This document shows positions 1 through 8,565 of a stretch of 11,998 bases of DNA, one piece after another. Each line of letters opens with the position of its first letter. Position 1 is the stretch's first letter. A model generated the notes under the pieces. The model did no database searches, was not told the origin of the DNA, and saw nothing but the letters and a program-made list of their open reading frames with translations. Source of the stretch: Octopus sinensis (Eukaryota); NCBI RefSeq assembly GCF_006345805.1, contig NW_021826795.1, forward strand, positions 1 through 11,998, read 5' to 3'. The position numbers and the translations under genes are program-made.

Positions 1-112
1 AAAAATCTGCTAAACTTCCAGACGTTTATCATTTAAGTATATATGAGCATGTCTAGATATGCAACTATATGCATGAGAATACATACATAAAATAAAACAT
101 ATAAATCTGCAC

Positions 113-180
113 ATATACATACATACATGCACATGCACACGCACACACACACGCACACACGCACACACGCACACACACAC
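113..180. repeat. Interrupted (CATA)/(CA)n microsatellite
   Basis: Direct: catacatacat...(ca)n with cg interruptions. Confidence 0.95.
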
Positions 181-185
181 ATATA

Positions 186-243
186 TGGGGTAAACTCGGA
201 ACCATATATATATATATATATATATGGTTCCGAGTTTACCCCA
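186..243. repeat. Perfect 58-bp palindrome: 18-bp arms around (AT)11
   Basis: Direct: tggggtaaactcggaacc (186-203) + (at)11 (204-225) + ggttccgagtttacccca (226-243). The right arm is the exact reverse complement of the left. Confidence 0.98.
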
Positions 244-340
244 CTACATATCACCTTCGGAAAGTGTCTTCTACTGAAGGCTCAGGCCTACCAAAGCCTG
301 TGGGTGGCTCTAGTAGGCGGAAACTGAAAGAAGCTCGCTG

Positions 341-371
<31 letters not shown>
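224..371 (+). mobile_element. 5'-truncated tRNA-derived SINE (CORE-like family, same as 8409-8641) with (TA)n tail
   Basis: Aligns within the window to 8454-8560 (atggttc...ccact...cacctt..aaagtgtctt...gcc.accaaagcc.tgtg.gtgg...aaa.tgaa...gtatat). Lacks the ~45-nt A-box-bearing 5' end. (TA)n tail at 341-371. Confidence 0.85.
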
Positions 372-1205
372 GCAGCAAATGTGGAGGAAAAATGGCGGGA
401 AAAAAAGAAGAAAAATATGAGGTGAAGTTCGTCCTGTTTTTCGCTGCACAAAGAGGGGATACCGAACATTTAGTTTTGTGCGCCATGGAAGTATGCTTTT
501 TCATTACACTGATTTGAATAGGAAAATCAATTAACAAAATTCTGAATGTAGATCACAAGCTAGTCTAGGTTTAAGTTGCTGTAGATCACAATGGCATGTG
601 AATCACATACTACACCGGCACCACCTAATGTCTAGTGGATACAATTTGGTTGACGAAAACTGCACGAAAGTTCGTTGTATGCATTCTATATGCTATTCAT
701 ATTTTGAGTTTTCTTTCAGTCATAAACAAACAGGAATATCAGTGTAAGAATGTTGATGCGGCCTCTCTTGCTGTTTGTTGAATGACTCTGAAAATACTTC
801 CGTCTTTGTATGATACTTGAGAAGTTAAATAATAATTATCCATTAAAATAATTTATGTGTCGTTTTGATAATTCAATTTTTTTCAGATCCTCTTTGGTGT
901 AATTAATAAAGCAGCCTTCCAGCATTTGATGGATACTTGAGGATTCAGCTCGCGTGAACGGTGCTGTTCGCTTTTTCTGCGTTCGATCGTATTTGTTAAT
1001 ATCGTGTATGAGTCTACAAATTAACTGTTTATATTATATGCAAACACACACAGAGATGTATATGATATGTGTATGTGCCGTTAAGTACAGGCTATCACAC
1101 TTTCAATGGCGAAGCGTAAGTAACTTATAATCATACAGAGAAGAAAATATATTAGGTTTAATGAAAATTACTCCCAAAAGGGACAGTGCATATACGAGTG
1201 CATAA

Positions 1206-1252
1206 GTATGTGTGTGCATGTACGTGTCTGTATGTATGTGTGTGTGTGTGTT
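1206..1252. repeat. Degenerate (TG)/(TATG)n microsatellite
   Basis: Direct. Confidence 0.8.
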
Positions 1253-1635
1253 TGTCTATATGGGTGCATGCGCGTACGTGTCTATGGTTGTAGCTGCCTA
1301 TATGTTTCAATCGTCGTATAAGGCATCAACAAGTTTCGTCCTATTGCAATCTAGTCACTGATACAATCTCACTGCATCTACTGATAGTAAATTCCTCACC
1401 AGTTTCTATAAACCACAGATTTTTTTACAAACTTGCGAGTGGTTAGTCTTTTTATATGTCAGTTTCTTAGATACATAATTAAATTCATTCATTTTTAGCT
1501 CAGCCCAACTTTCTTTTTTTTTTTTCTGAGTGACCTTCCTTTTGTTATTTAACTTTTAACTTATGTCTTCTTTTCATTGCTTTCAGATTTTATTTTTTTC
1601 CATCACTTCAACTACCCCTTCTTGTTTATTTATTC

Positions 1636-1662
1636 TTTATTCTTTATTATTATTATTATTAC

Positions 1663-1698
<36 letters not shown>

Positions 1699-1732
1699 TA
1701 TCATCATCATCATCATCATCATTATTATTATT
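1636..1732. repeat. Compound (ATT)n/(ATC)n microsatellite
   Basis: Direct; explains the poly-Ser/Leu ORF 1563-1775. Confidence 0.97.
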
Positions 1733-2286
1733 GAGTGAGAGAGCAGTGCATGCCATCAAAGTGACACTGGGGTAAAATATACACTGCCCAGTATACCCTT
1801 ATGACTATCCCTTTGATAACGGTACACACCGGGCACATGCATCATAACCATATGTGCGCGGCATAGTGATCTCATCAAGATAAACGTCACATGACCTTGC
1901 AGGTGGAGGCCCAGTTAGAATTTTCTTCAGGTCGAGTAACCCATCCTGCTAAAAAGGTCCATGAATTAGGGTTGTTTAAGGATGTTGTACGAACCACCCA
2001 TGCTTCCAAAGGTGAATTATCCAAACCCCAAAGAATTCCATTCAACACATGGCTTTGGTGCTCCCCCACTACTTCTGCTCGTGATCAGAGATGCACATAT
2101 CGTCAGCCACTAAGGGACATGCTCAACTGGTTATGGTCAAAGAACTTAGAAGCAAATCTATGGTATTGAACAGAATATTTATTGTAGCTCATCTATAATA
2201 CGAGGACAAAACGATGTATATAACACTTCTAATCAGTTAAGATCAGAAGCCGTGAGAACCACTGCCTGGTACTGCATTAGGGCATT
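1733..2286 (-). mobile_element. ~554-bp non-coding interspersed repeat embedded between trinucleotide arrays (probable non-autonomous retroposon)
   Basis: Complex, higher-GC block sharply bounded on both sides by ATT/ATC arrays. On the minus strand it ends in an (AAT)n run. Resembles an abundant octopus repeat from memory (unverified). No recognisable protein. Confidence 0.6.
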
Positions 2287-2422
2287 CATTATTATTATTA
2301 TTGTTGTTGTTGTTGTTGTTGTTATTATCATTATCATCATCATCATTATTATTATCATCATTATTATTATCATCATTATCATCATTATCACCATTATCAT
2401 CATTATCATCATTATCATCATT

Positions 2423-2484
<62 letters not shown>

Positions 2485-2503
2485 TATCATCATTATCATC
2501 ATT

Positions 2504-2553
<50 letters not shown>

Positions 2554-2812
2554 TATCATCATTATCATCATTATCATCATTATCATCATCATCATACATC
2601 ATTCATCATTATCATCATCATCATTCATCATTATCATCATCATCATCATCATCATTCATCATTATCATCATCATCATTCATCATTATCATCATCATCATC
2701 ATCATTCATCATTATCATCATCATCATCATCATCATCATTATCATCATCATCATAATCATCATAATCATTATTATTATTATTATTATTATTTCATTGTTG
2801 TTGTTGTTGTTA
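2287..2812. repeat. ~525-bp compound (ATT)/(GTT)/(ATC)n microsatellite
   Basis: Direct; source of the poly-Met/Asp/Ile/Ser ORFs 2233-2845. Confidence 0.99.
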
Positions 2813-2817
2813 CTAAT

Positions 2818-3047
2818 GCCTTTGGCCGAATGGTTAGAGCAATAGACTAAATACCTAGCGGTATTTAGTTACAGCTCTACTTGCGTTTTTGCGTTCTGAG
2901 TTCAAATCAAGTCTTGGTCAACTTTGCCTTTCAACCTTCCAGAGTCGATAAAATAATGCGCCAGTTAAGTACTAGAGATCGATATAATTGGTTAATCCCA
3001 CTCTCCAACAATTTCTGTCCTTGAGCCAATGTTAGGAATTGATATTC
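2818..3047 (+). mobile_element. Degenerate monomeric tRNA-derived SINE (same family as the dimer at 5722-6116)
   Basis: A-box-like tggccgaatgg (2823-2833) and B-box-like gttcaaatc (2900-2908). The core ggtcaactttgcctttcaaccttccagagtcgataaaataa aligns to the reverse complement of 5800-5870 and 5985-6055. Confidence 0.85.
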
Positions 3048-3071
3048 TTATATAAAATCTTTTCTAGTCTA

Positions 3072-3152
3072 GGGTGAGAGATAGGGGGAGGGGAGAGAGG
3101 AGAGAAAGAGAGCGGGAAAGAGAGGAAGGGGGTGAAGAGAGAGAGAGAGAAA
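3072..3152. repeat. Polypurine (GA)-rich tract
   Basis: Direct. Confidence 0.9.
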
Positions 3153-3770
3153 GATCGGTGCGGTTCATCATTCGGTAAGTTTTTATACATTTCCTCAAAG
3201 AATCTTGATTATATCGAATCCAGCAAAAAAGTCACAGGAAAACTTATTTTACGGGTTTTGTTACTTTGTTTTGATCCGTTATTTCAGATATTGATTAAAC
3301 GTGCTTTCTTGTTTTTCACATCTGCACTACAATAAATACACGTAATAAGCTATCATATAAATGTTTTCCCCTCTATTAGACCCCTGTTTGGTCACGTAAT
3401 AAATGAAGAAAATTAGCTGTCTCACGCATCACTCTAGCATATCGCACTGTCTTCCTTGCTATCACAGCAATTACCCACGACTATAGCGCCAGAAACATTT
3501 CGCTTCTGAAAAACCTTCAAGGCATTTCACACACTGCAATTCTGCAAGATCTGCTAATCCATTCCTGCACTGCCCAGTCACTGACTGCACATTTTTGCAC
3601 GCAAATTGACACAGCTATTCGGACTTATCCGAATAGAAAATTGTCCCGTACACACTTAAATGATCCTCTCTCTATGTTTTTTTTTTTTCTTTGGAAACTC
3701 TCTGGAGACAAGTAATGTAGCGCCTTCATTTGGGCATAAAGTAGATTCGAACCTGAATCTGCCTATTTCC

Positions 3771-3808
3771 TTTAACATTTCATCAGCACTTTAACATTTC
3801 AACAGCAC
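3771..3808. repeat. 19-bp tandem duplication
   Basis: Direct: tttaacatttcatcagcac / tttaacatttcaacagcac, 1 mismatch. Confidence 0.95.
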
Positions 3809-4002
3809 TTTTCTCACAGAAAAACAATAGTGAGAGCAGATACATTTAACATATGGCTTTGCCAGCCGATTTATGTTTTTGCCACTTGGCCCTCCTAACC
3901 TCTTCAAGGCCATGAAAGGTTAGAACTGATATAACAGGTCGACTCCCAACAAAATCTATTGTTCTCTGCAATATACCTATTTTTTAGCTAGTTTTATATA
4001 GC

Positions 4003-4037
4003 TATAAATACAAGAACTCCGTAAGCCAAAATCAGTT
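4003..4037 (+). promoter_or_regulatory. Candidate Pol II core promoter: TATA box + initiator
   Basis: TATAAATA at 4003-4010 and TCAGTT at 4032-4037 (matches the Drosophila-type Inr TCAKTY). The Inr A at 4034 puts the TATA start at -31, the canonical spacing. Confidence 0.55.
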
Positions 4038-4501
4038 AGCGAACAGAAACCACCAGAGATGGCCACAGGCAGATAGCCACTAGAAACTAACGGTCAGAGT
4101 GAGAAAGAAAACAATCAGCCACTATGATACATACAACTTTCACTCTCTATCTATCACTGGGTTATTTCTCTTCTCTACAACATTATCCTATCTCTATCTG
4201 TGATTTACTACTACACAATGACGAGAACCCAAACACAAACTACATAAGGTAAATCTACGCTGTCTCGCTTAACCTCGCATGCTTTACGAATTACATTATA
4301 CCAACCCGTCAAAGTAACGGTGATAAATAATTGCTTACAACTTCGATCTGCAACATCAACATCCATTACAATTGATAACTGCCGACTCCAACAATTATCA
4401 TAATACATCCCGTTACAACTGGTGATCACTGACTCCCCTAAAATACCGTTACAAGGTGAAAAAGAATATAATTTCATAGACTAAATATTATGTATGTGCA
4501 C

Positions 4502-4503
4502 GT

Positions 4504-4570
<67 letters not shown>

Positions 4571-4595
4571 ATAATATATATATATATATATTATA
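4502..4595. repeat. (TA)n microsatellite, ending in the TA target of the mariner
   Basis: Direct. Confidence 0.97.
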
Positions 4596-5035
4596 CGAGG
4601 TGGTATCAAAAGGTTCCCGGACTAGTTATGTTTAATAAAAATAAAATAACTTAGTTACCTAAGTTTACCTCACCTCCTTCGAAATAGTCGTCTTGCGCTG
4701 CAATACACTGGTCCCAGCGTTCCTACCACTTTTGGAATCCGACCTGGAAGTCGTTTTCCGTAAGCGATACGCTCTTCATCTCGACAAAGGTATCAAATCG
4801 GCGACCTTTGAGCTGCATTTTCACCTTGGGAGAAAAGATGGAAGTCCGCAAGCGCAAAATCTGGCGAATAGCGCGGGTGCGAAAGTGATACCATGTTGTT
4901 TTTGGCGAGAAACTCAAGAATGAGGAGAGCTCGGTGACAGGGTGTATTGTCATCGTGGAAAATCCAATTCTTCGGGCTCCATAGATCCGGTCGCTTTTGC
5001 AGGAGAGCTCTCGATTAACGGTCTAGCTTGGGGTG
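4596..5035 (-). mobile_element. Mariner (D34D) transposon remnant: 3' terminal inverted repeat + decayed transposase C-terminus
   Basis: TA|CGAGGTGGTATCAAAAGGTTCCCGGACT end (4596-4623). Minus-strand translation: TVNRELSC / QKRPDLWSPKNWIFHDDNTPCHRALLILEFLAKNNMVSLSHPRYSPDFALADFHLF / PKVKMQLKGRRFDTF...TENDFQVGFQKW*ERWDQCIAAQDDYFEGG. The catalytic Asp codons at 4949-4951 and 4844-4846 are 35 codons apart (D34D). Frameshifts, an internal stop (4723-4725) and terminal stop at 4651-4653. No second TIR found in the window. Confidence 0.95.
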
Positions 5036-5042
5036 ACGCAGA

Positions 5043-5200
5043 ATTTGATAATGCAATCTAAGTCTGATTTTGAGGAGCAAATTAGTCTAATAGAGGGTTT
5101 GGTGAAGAAGTTGGGTTTATGGTCCTTCAGGGTGAAATAGACGGGACGGGGTGTTGAGGTTCGGTTCTATTTTGCGGTCGATTTGCTCGATTAAAGGGGG
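5043..5200 (-). pseudogene. Penelope-like element (PLE) reverse transcriptase fragment, N-terminal RT motif region
   Basis: Minus-strand TPRPVYFTLKDHKPNFFTKPSIRLICSSKSDLDCIIK (TLKDHK at 5116-5133). Matches the remembered PLE motif AxITLKDHKxNFxxxPxxRLIxPxKSxLGxISK, the counterpart of PKIHK...RPIV. Upstream IDRKIEP lies in a shifted frame. Confidence 0.75.
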
Positions 5201-5721
5201 TGCTTCAGCATGGCTGCAGCCAAATGACTGAAACAAGTTTTAAAAAAATCTTTTGTTGAGTTTTTAGATTTAGTCGAGTTTCGTTAACTCCATATAATGT
5301 ACTATTTTTCCAAGAGCCCCTTTCATTTGACCTGGATATGCTAAATTTTTGCTTCATTTTTTATTTTTCTGATCTCTAAGGATGGATATTGTTGTGTATG
5401 AATCTGTTTTCAAATGTAATTCAGGAGAATTGAAGAGGCAAATTTACCTTAGTTTGTCTTTCTCATTTTGTCTCACCTTAATTTGTCTTTTGTACACTCA
5501 GAGAGAACAGCGATAATTTTCTGAAATAATATTCTGAATATGTTATAGTGTTTTTGATGCATTTTAGAGAAAGTCAATTGTTTAGCTGATATAGTTTTCC
5601 TAAGGTAATGAACATGTGTAAAACATATATTTTTTCTCAAAGGCAAAAATGCAATAAATATTACTCATTGTGCCCCACGAACCTCCATCCTTTTCACTCT
5701 TACATGAAATTCGCTATGTAT

Positions 5722-6116
5722 TCTTTTCTACTCTAGGCACAAGGCCCGAAATTTTGGGGAAGGGGGGCAGTCGATTAGATCGACCCCAGTACGCAACTGG
5801 TACTTAATTTATCGACCCCGAAAGGATGAAAGGCAAAGTCGACCTCGATGGAATTTGAACTCAGAACGTAACGGCAGACGAAATACCTATTTCTTTACTA
5901 CTCACAAGGGGCTAAACACAGAGAGGACAAACAAGGACAGACAAACGGATTAAGTCGATTATATCGACTCCAGTGCGTAACTGGTACTTATTTAATCGAC
6001 CCCGAAAGGATGAAAGGCAAAGTCGACCCCGGCGGAATTTGAACTCAGAACGTAACGGCAGACGAAATACGGCTATGCATTTCGCCCGGTGCGCTAACGT
6101 TTCTGCCAGCTCGTCT
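5722..6116 (-). mobile_element. Full-length dimeric tRNA-derived SINE with 8-bp TSD
   Basis: TSD CTATGTAT at 5714-5721 and 6117-6124. Internal 118-bp direct repeat 5769-5886 / 5953-6070 (9 mismatches by hand count). Minus-strand 5' end gagctggcagaaacgttag (A-box-like) and gagttcaaattcc (B-box-like, in both units). Confidence 0.95.
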
Positions 6117-6124
6117 CTATGTAT

Positions 6125-6670
6125 CATGTGATTGTGTTCCTTATTCCGACTGCTAGTGTCAGGAATTACTTTAATGGCCATGTTAATACTGTCGACATAT
6201 CGATAGTCCAGTACAGCAGCTGTGTTTGTAGCAGCTAATGTTTGTCTTAATTGTCTTTCCAACCACATTACACAAAGATTTGACATTTCCAGCAGTTTCA
6301 AACCCGACAGCACCGCCTTTCATCTGTTTAAAAAATGTGTTATAGAATTTTAATGTGATTTTTTCTAATGTGGCTTTAAAGCTGATAAAAATACTTGCAT
6401 AATTGTGCTTTGTTACTGTTATTGTGAACGGCGCTGGGTTGGTTAATTTCAACCACTTGGTATTTACTGTTATGTATAAAGACCCCTGGAGGTCTTTTCA
6501 ACATCTAGTGTAGAGCAGGTAAGACATAAATTCCCCAGGTTATGTCGAGGTAAGTGTTTCTTAGTAAAGGTTAAGGTCAAAGATGGACCCAGTTAATCAA
6601 CATCAGTATTATGGACTATTTCTTTACTTTCTCCAGTTCCACATATTTGTCAATGTCAAAATTGGCATCA
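6125..6670 (-). pseudogene. Second PLE-type reverse transcriptase remnant (RT motifs B and C)
   Basis: Minus-strand KATLEKITLKFYNTFFKQMKGGAVGFETAGNV (GGAVG at 6303-6317), a frameshift near 6285, then NLCVMWLERQLRQTL...LDYRYVDSINMAIKVIP (YVDS at 6188-6199, decayed YVDD). Fits the remembered PLE pattern F..YxQxxGGAIG...GDVANLFMxWWDRQ...YxRYVDDIN. The upstream part (6400-6670) is weaker. Confidence 0.75.
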
Positions 6671-6683
6671 CTAATTTGAAAGA

Positions 6684-6810
6684 GTGCCCGTAATCAAGTG
6701 GTTAGGACATTGGATTCAAATTCTAGACCAGGAGAGGCATTATGACCTTGAGCAAGGTACTTCATTTCCCGTTGATCCAGTCCATCCTGCTAAAACTGAA
6801 TACAGGTTTA
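6684..6810 (+). mobile_element. Degenerate CORE-type tRNA-derived SINE fragment
   Basis: A-box-like caagtggttagg, B-box-like ggattcaaattc, then tgaccttgagcaaggtacttcatttc (from 6743), which resembles the CORE domain TGACCTTGGGCAAGTCACTT. Confidence 0.55.
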
Positions 6811-7024
6811 GTCCTGATGCAGCGCTTTCTCCCTCTAACTGTCATTTCTTCTATCTTTCGTTGGGTCAAATGTTGGGAATGTTAAGGTATTTCAAATAAA
6901 TACAGAAAGCACAGCACGTATTACCAAGTCATACTCGCTCGCAAGTGACGGCTGTGCTTATGGTCGCTGCCTTTAATATAGTTGGGAGATAATCCTCAGA
7001 GTTACATTCATTCATCCTCCTAAA

Positions 7025-7076
7025 GAGGTTCTCCTTGCTAATGCATGCAGCTGTATGCATTAGCAAGGAGAACCTC
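7025..7076. repeat. Near-perfect 52-bp palindrome
   Basis: Direct: gaggttctccttgctaatgcatgcag | ctgtatgcattagcaaggagaacctc; single G.T mismatch (7047/7054). Confidence 0.98.
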
Positions 7077-7330
7077 AACTACCTCAGAACATACTATGTT
7101 TGCTGTTGTTAGCATTGCCAGTAACACAGACAGAACAACATGGTTTGTGGCCGATCCAGTTACACAATATGTCAGGATTTTATGATCCTACAAAAGCCTT
7201 ACAGAGACGACTTCGTTAGTATTTGCCTGGAAATTATTTACTGTCCAATTTGACTGCTATTCCATGCAACTCGAGCTGTCAAGTAATTTTTTTTTTTTGC
7301 GTTGTACCATACAAGCCTATTTATTACTAC

Positions 7331-7430
7331 CGTTGTTGTTGTTGTTGTTTCTGCCGTTGCTGCTGCTGTTGCTGTTGTTGGTGTTGTTGTTGCTGCTGCT
7401 GCTGCTCTTCCTCCTCCTTCCCCTCCCCCT
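7331..7430. repeat. Compound (GTT)/(GCT)/(CCT)n microsatellite
   Basis: Direct; explains the poly-Cys and poly-Leu ORFs. Confidence 0.95.
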
Positions 7431-7435
7431 GCTGT

Positions 7436-7625
7436 GGTTCTTTAACCTAAGTCAACTCTTACAAAAGAGACCTATGATAAAAGCATTCGAACCATGACCA
7501 TTCCGTATGTTTAGAAGTATGTCTCGGATCACATTTCCCAATGCAGTAGGGTACGATTCGGCGGAGAGGGATTTAGCTGTTATTTCTAGCAGATAGATCG
7601 ACAATATAGCAGCGTTGTCACTATC
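7436..7625 (-). mobile_element. Decayed retroposon 3' segment whose (AAC)n-type tail is the adjacent microsatellite
   Basis: Minus-strand ctgctagaaataacagctaaatc...ggaatggtcatggttcgaatgcttttatcataggtct...ttgacttaggttaaa, followed by the CAG/CAA tract. Resembles an octopus repeat ending ...gggctaaac(aac)n, from memory only. Confidence 0.4.
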
Positions 7626-7739
7626 TTGTGTTCCCATCGTACTACCATAGTAGCTCAGAGTGATTGTTCAATAAAATCAGATACTCATCATAAGAATTGA
7701 TGAATGAGTAATTGTCCAACCACAGTTTTTGTTAACTTT

Positions 7740-8050
7740 AAACGTATGAATGGTAAACACTCATCCATTACATGGATGCCACACCTGCACAAATTGATGA
7801 GTAGTACTGACGATCTTACTTTTACCATAGCGAGACGAACCACACCAGCAACAGATAAGTATGTTTACCATAAAGACAGCGCAAAGCCGGAGATAGCTTA
7901 GGAAATCTTGACTCGCGAGGCTGACAATACAGTTAACTCTGCCGCTATCTGTATCAAAATAACACCCTGTTGAAACTGTGAATAAACTTACAAAACATTA
8001 TTCCAGTTCCAAGAATGATCGTACAGGGCTAGAAATGGGGTAACGTAAGA
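7740..8050 (+). pseudogene. Possible third, highly decayed PLE RT fragment
   Basis: Plus-strand SSITWMPHLHKLMSSTDDLTFTIA...DSAKPEIA*EIL...SYRARNGV loosely follows the remembered pattern P.IYWMPKLHK...RFIIA...STKPLS...IL...YSR.GVN. Similarity is weak. Confidence 0.3.
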
Positions 8051-8408
8051 CTAAAACGTAGAGATATAGTAGAAATTGTAATAATTATGAAAGTTGTAGT
8101 GGAGTTGTAGGAAGAGTGTAATAATTGAGTAAATGGTAGTGGAGTAGTGGAAACAGAGCAGCTTCAAACTAAATACTGTTCAGCACTTAGTTCTGTCTTT
8201 TGTGTTCTACACTCGAATTTTGATGCAGACCATTTGACCACTGAGCTTGCTCAAAGAAATATATACAAGTATGCACCGTGACCGTTTCAATGACCCATCC
8301 ACGTTTCTATAAATGAATTGCTTCTTGTATCTGCAAAGGAATAGACATGAATAATTAATTTCCCGGTTTCTTTATAGAAAAAAAAATTAATTAAATTAAA
8401 ATGGGTGC

Positions 8409-8565
8409 AGGCGCAGGAGTGGCTGTCCTGTAAGAAGCTTACTTTCCAAGCACATGGTTCTGGGTTCAGTCCCACTGCGTAGCACCTTGGAAAAGTGTCT
8501 TGGGCCGACCAAAGCCTTGTGAGTGGATTTGGTAAACAAAAATTGAATGTCTGTCGTATATGGAT

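Larger units (their letters stand above)
3716..4453 (+). mobile_element. Candidate solo LTR (TG...CA) of an LTR retrotransposon
   Basis: Starts TGTAGCG (3716) and ends CGTTACA (4447-4453; alternative end 4411-4417), an imperfect terminal inverted repeat typical of LTRs. Internal TATA + Inr at correct spacing. No TSD found (agtaa vs aggtg or actgg) and no canonical AATAAA seen. Confidence 0.45.

Noticed and set aside
33-537. Overlapping short ORFs with YIYI/HTHT/CVCV runs
   Set aside because: Translations of dinucleotide repeats and SINE sequence.
547-591. 12-bp direct repeat tgtagatcacaa (547-558, 580-591)
   Set aside because: Only two copies 21 nt apart; a small local duplication with no supporting structure.
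1891-2169. 92-aa ORF inside the 554-bp element
   Set aside because: No recognisable motif; length compatible with chance.
2233-2845. Long ORFs (poly-Met, poly-Asp, poly-Ile, poly-Ser/His)
   Set aside because: Pure translations of the trinucleotide array, open in several frames on both strands.
3170-3180. Isolated GTAAGT donor-like site (similar hits elsewhere, e.g. near 7986 and 11915 on the minus strand)
   Set aside because: Hexamers expected by chance in AT-rich DNA; no convincing exon with a recognisable product.
3744-3753. B-box-like GGTTCGAATC on the minus strand
   Set aside because: No A-box or cloverleaf upstream; not a tRNA.
4211-4477. 88-aa minus-strand ORF
   Set aside because: Lies in the candidate LTR; no gag/pol or other domain similarity recognised.
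7223-7497. Poly-Cys / poly-Leu ORFs (and antisense poly-Gln)
   Set aside because: Products of the compound microsatellite; no splice or context support.
7808-7840. CTGACGA...GAAC hammerhead-like core near the putative PLE
   Set aside because: The G10.1-C11.1 pair and A15.1 are missing; stems I and III do not form.
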